In this document: in pieces, positions 44,585 through 56,365 of the stretch
Layout of the letters: each line of letters begins with the position of its first letter
How positions within the stretch are numbered: position 1 is the first letter of the stretch
From: Psammoneis japonica
Taxonomy: Eukaryota
DNA: 64,000 nt
Reading direction: 5' to 3'
Assembly (NCBI GenBank): GCA_008632985.1
Contig: QPGO01000042.1
Location: 124,001-188,000, forward strand
Program-made: the position numbers and the translations under genes
The notes under the pieces: generated by a model
Told to the model about the DNA's origin: nothing
The model's database searches: none
The model's input: the letters and a program-made list of their open reading frames with translations, nothing else

Positions 44585-46789
44585 TTACCCCTCATTCTCG
44601 CAATCAAGCACAAGGCGTTTGTTCCACATATCGACTGCGCTGTTCTGCCAATGAATCATTGTTGCAGTCTGAGCTGCAGATGCGTCGAATGAACGCCGGG
44701 TACACGCGAAACGTTGAAAGAAATCATTTATGCATCCCATTGACGTAGACTCGGAAGCTGGAGCACTTGTCGATGAAGGATCGTGGTCCATGTCTTCCTC
44801 CTGGAGTAAGAGGATATCCCGGACAAAAGCAGAAAGATCTTTTCGAAACAGTTGATGCGTAGTCATCTCACCACTTTCGCCGATGCCTTCGCCGGCTTCC
44901 GTGTCGACGAGATGACGAGCTCCGTTCATTACAAGGGCCGCGTGAAAACAAGCAACTTCGATGAGCTCGAGAACCTTCCATCTACGAAGGCTGTTTTCTG
45001 CTCCCGATATTTCTCCCTGATAAATTAGTCCCGGGGGAAGAGTCCCTACAAGTACGAGTACAAGGGCTACTTTTCTGTGAAGCATCAATGATGCAAGAAA
45101 TATCAGCGCCTTTTGTGACGTCAAAGGCTCTAGGACTTTCTCCTCAGAATGCGACGGTTGTCTTCCAAGGACGCAAAACAACACAAGCCTACTGAAGGAT
45201 GCTTCGTGAGTCTTTCCTATGATCGGAACAGAGACTTCCCTCTCCGTGAAACTCACTTCTGACTTTGTACCTACTCTTTGGAACTCAGAAACTTTTGGGG
45301 AACGAGAGTCCCATTCGGTATGATATTCTAGTGCCGGTGTTGATACGCTGCCCCCAGATTTGGCACAATCATGCAACAGAGAGTATAGACGCAATCGAAC
45401 TTGGCAGAAGCATGGGAGTTGCCACATGCTTCCCGAGTTCACCAATTGCCATGACAAAGGAGCTGAGGTAGCGCAATCCGGTTCCACCACATATTGATGA
45501 TCCTCCGAGTCCTCAGATGCAAGCTTCTCAGTATGCCGTTGCTTGTGTCTCTTCGCCTTCGTTTGCCAAGTGGCTGATCCGCGATCACCTTCCCAAGTTT
45601 CAATGATTGGTGGACAAAACAGTTTACGAGACACAACGAGCCGAGCAAAAGATGTCTGTAAAAGCGGTCTGGATACGTTGTATTCCATCAGAACATGCTG
45701 GAAAGGCATGTAGATAGCGGAAATCCGATTGAATGCGCTTAGAGTAGTCTTCATTCTCTGTCCTTGACCGTTTCCTTGATTGCAAACCGCACTGGCCAGC
45801 GAGACAAGCCATCTGGGCGACCCTTGATTACCCACACTTAAGGTGTCAATTGAGGTGTTTGAGGTGTAATAATGCGCCGCAAATCGCACTATCGCTGTTA
45901 ATGACGCCCATCTAGAGGGAGCGTTCCTTTGCCGCTGGCGCAAGCCTCCAATGTTGCTTTGGACGATACGAATTCGAGCTGTACGTAAAGCAGACTCTTC
46001 TTTAGGTGAAAGGGTATAATCGCACCCTGCCAACGAAGCAACGGTTGTCATTACAAGGCTGTCGCTCATTCCCTCTCCGCTTGGAAGGAAAGAAGAAATA
46101 AACCGTGACCGTAGATACATGAAACCTGTAAGGCACATCTCGCCAGATATCGTTTGGAACTGCAAAGTGCGAAAAGGAATGAAACCAGGACAAGATGGAT
46201 ATATCAGAAAATCCGTGTCATCCGACAGAATAACAACTTTTTGAGTAACAGGACGATGATGCTCCAGATATTGAGCAATGAAGGTTTCTGCCTCTCCACG
46301 GATTGGGTGATGAATGTGGAAGTCCTTGTGTTGAAGCTTGACATGAATCAACGCTTCGAGCATGGCTGTTTCGGCGAAAACATGCAAAGGTACTCTTTTT
46401 GGGTCATCAATGCTTCTGTGACAACGTGCTATTTGGTCACAAGTGACAGCCATCGAATTTAGCCGTTCGGCTTGTGTGAGGATCTTGGACTCTGGTGCGA
46501 GGCCATCCATGACTATGTGTACTTCCACGGGCTCTTCAAATGAAGAAATAAGCAACGAAAAGAATCTTATCGCGCGACGGTTGATAACGTCTGGTGACAC
46601 CATGTTCCCTGCATCTTGCTGTATCAATTCTGATGGATCGTATCTGCCTGTTGTGTACAAGTGGTAGAGCAAGGAGGGCCCATCAAAAAACAAGATGCTT
46701 CTCTCTTGCGTTTCATTCCTCGACACCCAGGGGCAACCGTATCGACGAGGATCTTTGGAAATAAGCGACCACGCCCCACGAATCCCCAT
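44585..46789 (-). CDS. XPG/Asteroid-like PIN-domain nuclease family protein (734 aa)
   Basis: MGIRG start, FFDG, VMDG, GEAE, LSDDTDF, LAGCDY acidic motifs of the FEN1/XPG superfamily. Confidence 0.7.
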   Translation of the reverse strand: MGIRGAWSLISKDPRRYGCPWVSRNETQERSILFFDGPSLLYHLYTTGRYDPSELIQQDAGNMVSPDVINRRAIRFFSLLISSFEEPVEVHIVMDGLAPESKILTQAERLNSMAVTCDQIARCHRSIDDPKRVPLHVFAETAMLEALIHVKLQHKDFHIHHPIRGEAETFIAQYLEHHRPVTQKVVILSDDTDFLIYPSCPGFIPFRTLQFQTISGEMCLTGFMYLRSRFISSFLPSGEGMSDSLVMTTVASLAGCDYTLSPKEESALRTARIRIVQSNIGGLRQRQRNAPSRWASLTAIVRFAAHYYTSNTSIDTLSVGNQGSPRWLVSLASAVCNQGNGQGQRMKTTLSAFNRISAIYMPFQHVLMEYNVSRPLLQTSFARLVVSRKLFCPPIIETWEGDRGSATWQTKAKRHKQRHTEKLASEDSEDHQYVVEPDCATSAPLSWQLVNSGSMWQLPCFCQVRLRLYSLLHDCAKSGGSVSTPALEYHTEWDSRSPKVSEFQRVGTKSEVSFTEREVSVPIIGKTHEASFSRLVLFCVLGRQPSHSEEKVLEPLTSQKALIFLASLMLHRKVALVLVLVGTLPPGLIYQGEISGAENSLRRWKVLELIEVACFHAALVMNGARHLVDTEAGEGIGESGEMTTHQLFRKDLSAFVRDILLLQEEDMDHDPSSTSAPASESTSMGCINDFFQRFACTRRSFDASAAQTATMIHWQNSAVDMWNKRLVLDCENEG

Positions 46790-46834
46790 TACTTCTTTCT
46801 TCTCGTCCGCGGTGTCGTCAGCAGAGTCATAGAC

Positions 46835-46908
46835 TACTCTCAGTCTCTAGCTCTAGCTAGAGCTCTAGCTCTAGCTAGCTAGAGCTCTAGCTCTAGCTAG
46901 AGAGAGAA
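46835..46908. repeat. (CTCTAG/CTAG)n tract
   Basis: ctctagctctagctagagctctagctctagctagctagagctctagctctagctagagagag. Confidence 0.9.
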
Positions 46909-47199
46909 TTCAGAATGAAAGCTTCGTGCTGAGAGGTGGATTTGATGCAACTAGAAGCATGATCATACCGGTCGGCTCTTCGCTGAACAGTGACAGCACT
47001 AAGGTGCGCGCAATAAATCCTCGTGGACGAAGTTCTGTGTGCTGGGTGCCCCCGCCCCGCGTTCTTGCAGACGAAGATTATCGAAGATGCTGTATCATAG
47101 ACACCGGCACGTGGTTGGATGGGAGTGACGCAGTCTCGCATTGTGGCCGTTGATCTGCTCCATGTCGACTCAAGAGACTGGACAAAATGAACGATGGAA

Positions 47200-50120
47200 A
47201 TGTCCAGCGACATTAGTGTGACCAGAGGGTTGATCATTGTTGACACATCATTTGCTTGCACACTCAGAGGAGGCTCAGTTTGACAACAAAGTTTGAAGCC
47301 ATTTGCCACGTCATTTTGTTTCAGCATTGGCGGGGAGAAAAAGCAGGAGTTGTGGGCGGGACAGACAATCACAACAGCACTGCTGCCATCTGCATCTTTG
47401 TCTTTGCACTCAGTTTTTGCCGTGAGCAGTGTGAGTGGGTCCTGCTGAAGCTGGTGGGCAGATGACAAAAAGTTGACAAGAGCCGGGGTTGCTGGTGCGG
47501 CAGTGTGCTTTTTTGCAAAAAGCAGGGCCAGGGCAGGATGACAGCTCTTGCCATGTGTTTTTTTTTTACCCACAACAGATGCCAGCAGCACCTCTTTGCA
47601 ACACGGGGCAGGGTTTGTGTCCTGCTGCAAAAAGAGGGAGGATTGGTGGCACAAAGCACTGTCCCAAAGGAGAGCAGGAAGCAGAGCTCATCAAAAAAAA
47701 GAAGCCAGCAAAATGAAAAGGTCAAGACCACCAAATGTCTGCTTTGAAGGTGTGTGAAGTTTTTGGGTTCTGTGATGAAGTTGTGCCCATTGCAATCTTT
47801 GGTTGAGGAGAGTTGTTGCAATCTAAAACGTTGTGAGAAAAATGGCTGGCATTGCGTTGTGCTCCATTTCTGACACATGTGCATGGCATTTCAGACTTCA
47901 TTCAACATGTTGCCTCCCTGAGCTCAACAAGCGTGCATTGCAAACACATGTGCCAGCGGCACAATTTTTGGGATCTGATCTCACAGCTCTTCTTTGCAAA
48001 GTGAGGAAGCACCACAATGTTCCCTCAATTTTGCAGTGGTGGAATCGGAAGGAGGTGAAGGAGTTGTCTTGGGTGAAAACAGTGCATTCACTCAGTTGGC
48101 TGTGTGGTGCAAAATTGCACAAACACCAGATTTTGACATTTTGTGCAGCTGCAAGAGCACACATTGACAGTGTGTGTGGCCACTCTGTTGTGGCTGTGCC
48201 AGCATTTTGTCACTTCTTGCCACTGGCAGCACACCCACTGTGGGATTGTCAAAGTCACACAGTGCACAGAGCTTCTGAGAAGAGAGTCACAGCTGGAAAA
48301 TGTGGCAGCTGTTGCAGCTGTTTTGCTCAACAATGCTGCAATTGTCAAAGTCACAGAGGCATGGAGTCTTTGAGGAATGGCTGCAGCTGTTTTGCTGGAT
48401 GTCAAGCATTCCAGAAAACAAGCAGCATCAGGAGCAGCACTCAAAAATGGCAACTTGATTTAACCAGGGATGTTGGTTGGTGCAAAGTGTCAGAAGTTGG
48501 TGCTGGCTGTTCCTTGTGGCCACCTGCTCCATTTTGCAGCTTTGGCTCATCCAGGGTTCACTTCAAACATGGCAATGCAAACCCAAGTCAAAAGCCATGG
48601 ATTTATGATGTCAGTTTGTGGCATCAGAGTTGGGCCCATGTTTTCAACCCCCAAGCTGCTGAATGTAGACCCACCCAAAGCTGAAAGCATGTGTCAAAAC
48701 ATTGGAGCCAACCACAAGTTGATGCCAGCAAAGAACTGGATTTTAGTCCAGGACACCAAGCCTTGCCTCCATTTTCGTGATTTCATGAAGACTTTTTGAT
48801 GAAGTCTTTTTGCATGCATGGCAAAACCATCAATGCAGGCAAGTTCAAAGTCAATGAAGAAAAGGTTTGTTGTGCTGGTTTGTTCTTCAACAGGTCCAAA
48901 GTTGGAAGCAAAGCTGCAAGCTGCAGAAAAAAGTGGGCACAAAATGAAAGCTTGTTTCACCTGCATTCCAAGTTTTGCTGTGGAGCTGAGTGATGTTCCT
49001 GAATGTCTTTGCAGGGGGGGCTTTGCCAACATGGAAATGCAATCATTTTGTACAGCCAAGCACTTCTTCACAGATTTTAACAGGTCTGTGGTTCACAGCT
49101 GGGGCAAGACATTGCTTGTTGGCTGAAGGTCTGAAATCCAAGGCAACGTCTGGAGCCTTGTTGCACAGGCAAATGTCGGCAATGGCTGGGCAGCCAGTTG
49201 TCAGCTGGTGCAGCCAAAAGAGGCAAACACAGGATGTCTCTTTTGCAGAAGAAGCCCAGGCAGCCAGGCAGAAGCAACTGAGGAAGAAACTCAACATTTG
49301 CCTTGTTTTTCTGACAAGGAATTTTTCAAAAAGCAAGTGAGATGTTGCTTTCATGGTTCTTAAAGTTGTGTCTGAAGTCTGCCCCTGCTGCAAACCCCAG
49401 TGGAAAAAACTGAAAAAGCCACTTTGTAAAATGACAGCAACTGAGCTGGTGTTGCATGAAAAAAACCTTGGAACAGAGCATTTCATTTTGGCAACAGGGG
49501 CGCTGTCTTGTCAACCAACTTGCCCAAACTGTGCACATGCCAGCGGGCTTTGTCTTGTCAACTAACTTGCTTGGTGTCATGCAAAACAAGTTTGCCACCA
49601 GGGAATGAAAAAAACAGACTGGCCAAAGTTTGGCTCTGCGCTGCGAGACATTTGGCCATGGGGCTGGGCATCATCATTGTCAAAGATTTTTGTCATGAAA
49701 CATTGGCATTCAAAGTTGGGCATCATGGGCATTTTGCTTGAGAAAACAAAACAGCTCAGACAATCAGCTTTGATTCCTGTGCTTTGGAACATTTCACAGT
49801 TGGCGCACAATGTTTTGATGCCTCAAGCAAAAAAACCATGACAAGACAACAGCAACCCTTTCTGCCACCTTTCCAAGGAGCTGCAATGCACAAGCAAGAC
49901 CATGTTTTGCAAACGCTGCATGGGACCTTCACAAACCCAGAGCAATTTGTGGCCCAATCAGATGGACAACGAGCAACCAAATTTTTTTTGCATTGAAGCT
50001 GCTTTGCTCTCAAAGTTGTGCATGAAGAATGTTTTGCACTTGAGGAACAAAACAATTCAGCCAATTAGGTTTGATCCCTGCACATTGGGACATTTCACAA
50101 TGAGACGCTGATTTGGTCAT
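47200..50120. mobile_element. Unclassified CpG/TpA-depleted decayed repeat or gene relic
   Basis: Same compositional signature as the other transposon domains; no family motif recognised. Confidence 0.55.
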
Positions 50121-50608
50121 GTGACAACCACATTTGTCAAATGCGGTACGAAAGAACTGGGGTGTGGGTTAGCTTGTTGCCGGAGTTGCAGGGTGGAAGC
50201 GTAGCAGCACTTTAAATGTAGAATTTTGGTTTTGTTTTGTTTTTCCGTTGTTGGAAGATCTCACACGCACTTGTTGGCACCATTTTTACGCGCGCAACAT
50301 GTCTGCATGCAACTGCACACAGAATCGTTGTAGCCAAGCCGAGGCGGTGGCAGGGAATCTGCGAGTCCAGAATAGCATAGAAAAGCTTTGTCTGCACAAA
50401 TCAAGACTGCATTGGATTGCTCGTTCTGCCCTTCATCACTTGCAAGTGCGAAAGAAGCCTTGACCGTCTACTCGGACGCTGAAAAGCAGGTTTCTTGCAT
50501 TCCTATAATGACGACCAAGCGATTACTTGCTATTTCGAACAGTATCTCCATCAAAGGGAACAGGAGTCCTTCAAACATCACTACACTTTGCCCTAAAGTG
50601 TTTAGCAC

Positions 50609-51852
50609 TTACAAGAGCCATTCACTAATAGCTTGTTTGCTCCACTGGTAAAGCGAGTCCTGCAGGACAATATCGTAGCTCTCTGGTGAAGATTCACTTT
50701 GCGACACATCCGCGTCAAACTTCTGTAGGAGCATTAACACCGATGCCAGAAAGAAACTCACAGCATCTCTCACCCGGCATGTAGCTGAAAATGGATGAAA
50801 AACGAATTTTGGTAACCGAGCGGTCAAGCGCGTAAAAATCCCAGAACTCGTGACGAAATCAGCATCGTCGTTTCGGAAAATGGCGTAAAGCGCTGCGGCA
50901 ATCCCCCAACTGTCAGCTGGAAATGCAAGCGTGTTCATAATGGTATGGGCAAGCGATCCCTGTTTACCACCGATATCAGTGGCGACCCAGCCAGGACAGA
51001 TGTTCACTATTCGCGCGTTTCCCTTGTGGAGTCTTGCGAGAGCCCTAGAATGAAGCAGCTGTGCAAGTTTCGCGTTGGCATAAGCGCGTTGATCCCCCCA
51101 AATAAGACCTGGAAAAGCGCCAGGAAGAGCTGCTGGTGGTGGTTCTCCATTAATCACCTGTAAGTCAGTGCCGTCGACTGCCCAGTGAAAAGAGGAGGAC
51201 ACCTGCAAAATAGTTGTCTTGTTTGACGCACCAAGTGGCGCCAGGAGCTTCTCCGTCAAGAGAAAATGTGACAGATAGTTAACTGTATGGAAGTGACAAA
51301 AAAGGCACTTGATGAGCAAGAGAGCTTCACAAAACATCCAAAGTAAAAGCAGAAACAATCTAAAAAAGGCTTCGTACCACCAAACGACAAATCATAGTTT
51401 TGAGCTGTTGTGGGGTGACCTCTCCCCCCATGGAAATGCGCATGATAATGCATGCCTGCGTTGTTAACAAGCACGTCTACACTTGGAAACCGACTTGATA
51501 CGACGCTTGCTGCGTTCGAGATCGAGGATAAATCGCTTAAATCCGCGACAACAGGAATGATTCCGGGCATTTCTTCTTCCATTTTCTGCAACTTGTGCTT
51601 TGCCCGCCCTATAACAACGACGGTTGCTCCCATTCGAAATAACGCAAGAGTCAGTGACTTGCCAATCCCTGATGTCGCACCAGTAATGACTACAACCAAT
51701 CCTTTCAACGGGGTTGGAGATGTTGAAGACTTGCCCATGAATTCATGAGCCAGCCGATCTATTTCGGACATGTCCAATTCGGGCTGCGGCCATCCTATCA
51801 ACACGCCCACAACACACACAAGTATGATTCCAAGCCACGTGCTGCTCTTCAT
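50609..51852 (-). CDS. Short-chain dehydrogenase/reductase (retinol dehydrogenase/WWOX-like), one intron ~51287-51377
   Basis: VVITGATSGIG, DLSDL, VLVNNAG, VNYLSHFLLT, VSSS, YANAK (YxxxK), CPGWVAT. Confidence 0.9.
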
Positions 51853-52029
51853 TATGGAGCAGGCTTTTTAAACTGAAAAGGGATAAAAGCAATCAGCGGC
51901 AAAGCGATTCACGGCACCGCATCCCGCATCTTCGACGATCGACTGACTCTCTCATCATCGCATCATCACTGTCGCATCGTCGCGTGTCGCGTCGTCGTCA
52001 TCTTTTTGTTAGTTGTCGCTGGCTAGCTG

Positions 52030-55000
52030 GCCTGGCCGTGGACCGTGGATGGTCGCTGTTGGAGCTTCAGTGGGGAAGGACAGATGCGTGCCCAGCCATC
52101 CTCATCCAGTTTCAAGTTGGCTGCTAGCCGGCCATGTTGTGCCGTCCTTCAACAGATTGGACAAGTTGTAATTTTGATTGAGAGCAACATGCACCATGCC
52201 CCATCCCTCCTGTTGCAGCTGCTGGTGGTGTTGGTGAACACCAACACCTTCTGGTGCACCCACCTCTCCTCCAAAAAAAGAACTTGCACCAAGGCAAGTG
52301 TGGATGGTGGAAAGGAAGGTGGCCATTTGGGTGGGGAGTGTGCCAACATTGGGTGATGGAAATGGCTGCACACACTGCTTTGGCAGCCATCCTAGAAGGG
52401 CACCTCCTTGCATCCAGCAATTTGGCTCTGAAGTTGTTCTTGGCCCCCTTGGCGTGCACTGTCTCACGTGCCTCAGAGAGCCCAAGTCAGCTGTCGAGTT
52501 GCCCACGCAGCCACGGTCACCACCCATCTGTCTGCACCCATGACCACATCACAACATCTCTCCAGGATGGACAAGTCTTTGGTTTCCAGGATGATGTCCT
52601 GCCAGAAAACTTTGTCAACATTGTGGTGCACTTGGATGGCCAGTTTGAGGCTCTGCAGGCTCCCAAGTTCTTTTGTGCCGCCACTGCAGCAAACATGGTG
52701 GCCTTCTTTTAGGGTGCACTCATTGATGAGGAGGATGTCATGCCTCCACAAATTGATGGCACATGGGACACAGAAGCCATTTCAGTGCACAGGATGCTCC
52801 AAATGCCCTGCTCATGTCTTTGCTTGGCCCTCCTCACCTGGGATCTGACCCCACTTTAGCCACTGAATGAACTGGGTGGCACCACACAAAATGATGGCCA
52901 GGTGGGGGACTGAGCGCCATCAATCAGTTGGCCACATGCCACCCCAACCATCCACACTGCCATAAATTCTGACCCTGTGCACTGTCTGGGTGTGAACAAG
53001 CTGCAGCCTTGCACCACCCTCAGCTGCGGACACTGGCCTTTAAGAGCACTGGTGAAAGGCATCACTCCAAGCCCTGCCTGCCTTGGACAATCATGCTGCC
53101 ATGGACAATGTGGACTGTGTGCTGGCCTTTGCCAACATTGTTCAAGCAGATGCAGTGCACAACAATGCCACTTGCGCTGCCACAGCTGCAGCTGCCACCA
53201 TGCCCAAGACACCATGCAAAGCACTCCCACAGACTGTGCGGGTTTGGCTGCTGCTGTCCAGAGTGCTGACTGCTGTGTTGCATTGCCAGAGCTGCACCAA
53301 AGAGCAGAGGTGCATCAGCTTCATGCAAGCCTCAGAAGTCTGCACTCTAGAGCCCAGTGCTGCTCCCAGGATGGCACCACCAGTTGTCTCCAGTCTCCAA
53401 AGGAACTCTGTGAGAAATGGCATTCCAAGGGAAGGTGGCTCAACACATGCACTGAGTCAATGACCTGACAGCATGGGGTGTGTCTCCACTCACCTTACCA
53501 ACTGTGACTTCTTCATGGGAGACAAGTGCTCCAGCATCCAAGTTGGTCATGAATGCTGTGACTTGTCCCTTGCTGCACTGAATCTGACACCCATGGCAGC
53601 CAAACAGGAGCAGTTCTGCACAGAGGACATGCCACCTGTCAGTGTGGTGGCATGCCACAAGGAGCAAGCAGGACAACCATCCCCCCCCCCAGATGACATC
53701 ATCCAAGAGGCATCAACCATCCCCATGCAGAAGCATTCCATGAGTTTTGTTGCCAAGACTGGTGGGAGATGGCGGATCTGCTGGAGCAATCAGGCACCTC
53801 AACAAGTGAGGGAAATGCATCACTGCTCAGTGAGATCCAGACTGCTTGACAGTGGCCAACAAGGCATTGCGCAGGAGCCAGCTCTCCCCACTGACCCATC
53901 TGCCTTGGCATGACTTGCTTGATGAAAATGACAAACCAGCTGACAACCCCCAAAGAAACAGTGCCAGGAGTGGAGAGAGCTCACACAGAGGAGAGCCAGC
54001 AGCAGAGCATGGCATGACCCAAGAGCCACCAGCATCAAGAGTCCAACAACCCGTGAGAGCTTGGACAAGTGTGTTGTTCCAGGCTCAGATTTGTTTGGCC
54101 ACTGGGCACATGCCTCAAAAATTGTGAGCACCGTGGCACCCACGGCTGCCTTGTGCCTCACAAATGCTCCATCATGAGCACCGTTGCATGCAAGCATGGC
54201 CCATCCAAACTACAGGAAGGAGCAGTGAGCACCCACAAAGCAGCAAATCAGGCAAGTTTGCAGATGAAGGCATCAACCTCTCTCACACTGTCTGGGTTGG
54301 ATCCAGTTCATTGAAAAACATCTGAACAGGGAACCCCCTGTCTTGCACACAATGGGATTGAGCTGCCACACCCAGTCACCAGGCTGTTGAGTGGAGTCTT
54401 TGTGGTCAACGGAGCCTGGCTCCAGCTCACCACCAAGGACTGGTCCACTGTGACCAAGATTTGGGAGGCAGCCACCAATTGTGGCATTCACACCTCCACC
54501 AAAAGCCACTTGGGGTTCTTGGAAGTGAACATGGCTGAAATGATCTGCAAATGCCACTGGGCAGTCCTCCAATGCTGCACTTCTAAGGAGCAAGAGCCTC
54601 ATTTTTGAGCATCACTCTGTGGGTGTGGTGTGCCCCAACAAGACTGGTGACCATTGTGTGCCGCAGTGGACCGCAGCTGCTGTGGCCTCAACAATGAGAC
54701 CTGCAAGCTGGCCCCACAAGAGGCCGTGCAATTTGGCCATGCACTGAGATGAGCTGGGTGCCACCTGCCATGTTCCAAGCAGATCTGGCCTTCAGACCAG
54801 CCCACACAATGAAGCTGGACCTCTCAAATGGGTCATGCAGAGTCAGCAAGCTGTGTCTGGAGAACATGCGGGGTGGCTTTCCCTGTTGGACCCTGAGTGG
54901 AGCCACCAGTGGTCTTGCCATTGGTGCTTTCCATGGGCCAGTCAGAGAGCCTGTCATGCTTCTGTGTGCTGAAGCCAAGCCCAGATCACAACCTTGCCAA

Positions 55001-56275
55001 TGCCCACTCCTCCACAGCACAGGACTCATCAATGCACCCACTGGAGCAAGCCATGTCAACACCCGCTCCTCTGACTTTGAACCTTTGCATCAATGTGCTG
55101 CTGCCGCCAAACCCTGACCACATGTGTGGACAATCTGCCCAAACCACAAGCCATGCACCAGAGCCACCATTGAAGTTCGTGCCCGACACATGTGTGATGC
55201 TGACTGTCACACCTCCACTGGCAGCAGCAACAAACCATTGTGCTGAAGAACAAGCCATTCCAAGGAAATGCCTCGTGGGTCCACCATCAAGACCATCTTG
55301 TGGTGGGTTGTCAGTTTCTCATCCGGCACAATCCAACTGCCACAGCATCACCAGGGCCAGCTCCTTGTTTCTGCACTTGGGACACTGTGCACAGGAGTCT
55401 CAAAGAATCTCAAAGAAGTGCTGCGGTCATCTCTTGGGCAAGGTTCACAGCATGCTGCTTGCCACAGCAGGAGGCACAGGGCTGTGACAATTGAACTTGC
55501 AGCACTGTCTCACCTCCACCTCTGACTCCTGCATCTCAGTTGATTGGCACACATGTCAACAACTCTGGGACCTCCACACTGGCAAACCAGACACCACTTT
55601 GCATCCCACATGGCTCACCAAGTTGCTCCCAGCTGCCCATGGACACTGCTGCAGTGCCTGCAATGAAGCCAGGGTTCCGAGGTGTCCTCCTCCTGAGCCC
55701 TGTCAACATCTTCCATCTCTTGGCAACCACACCACTGCCAGTGGACCTCAAATTCACCATGGTCTCTGACGAGTCCAATCCACAGGGCAGCATTGTCAAC
55801 TCCAACTTGCAGCTGGCAGGCACAGCATTGTGCAAAGCAGTCATTGGCAACAACGCAGACGTGCACAAAAAAGTGGCCTGCATGTGCTGCAACAACACCA
55901 TGTCCATGTCCCAATGTGGCAAAAGATCCATTGCTGCCACCACAGGCCCAGCCTCTGACACCCTTCAAACTGGAAGCCTCCAAAACAGCACCACCTTTGC
56001 CACAGTCATGTGCTGTGTGCCAGGTCTCGCCAACCTGCCAGCCGACACATGTTTCCTCCAACTCAGCACCAACACTGACCTCCTTTCCAAGCTTTCTCAT
56101 CTTGCCCCACAGATGAAACATTGGCAAATGCAACACCCATTGCATGCCACCATTGCTGTGTTGATCTCTGTCTTGTGATGGCAAAGACACACCAAACTGT
56201 CACTGAGGAGCAAGCCCATGGCACCAACATGGCATGGGCAAAGTGCTGGCTCCCACTCACCCCTGTCCACCGGTG
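52030..56275 (+). mobile_element. Decayed DIRS/Ngaro-like (tyrosine-recombinase class) retrotransposon: gag-like region plus RT and RNase H relics, truncated before the recombinase
   Basis: Frameshifted RT remnants GVVPQ (~54625), VDRSCCGLN, LAPQEAVQFGHAL, MKLDLSNGSCRV, PLVLSMG.SES..CFC; RNase H remnants NSNLQLAG, CNNT, TTGPA, CVPGLANLPAD. Confidence 0.75.
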
Positions 56276-56365
56276 TCGAAACTTACGTAGAGAGTAAACC
56301 AAGTACAATTAATCTCTAACACAGAGCTGCAACAATCCAAGCTGTAGTGTTATCATACAATCTAC

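Noticed and set aside
50161..50173. 13-bp match GGTGTGGGTTAGC shared with 34927-34939, suggesting shared termini or a telomere-like seed
   Set aside because: Exact 13-mer matches are expected by chance within 64 kb, there is no further similarity, and no TTAGGG array is present.
15910..56275. Classical fungal RIP as the cause of the repeat composition
   Set aside because: RIP converts CpA to TpA and so raises TA and AT content. Here TA is lost and CA/TG is gained.
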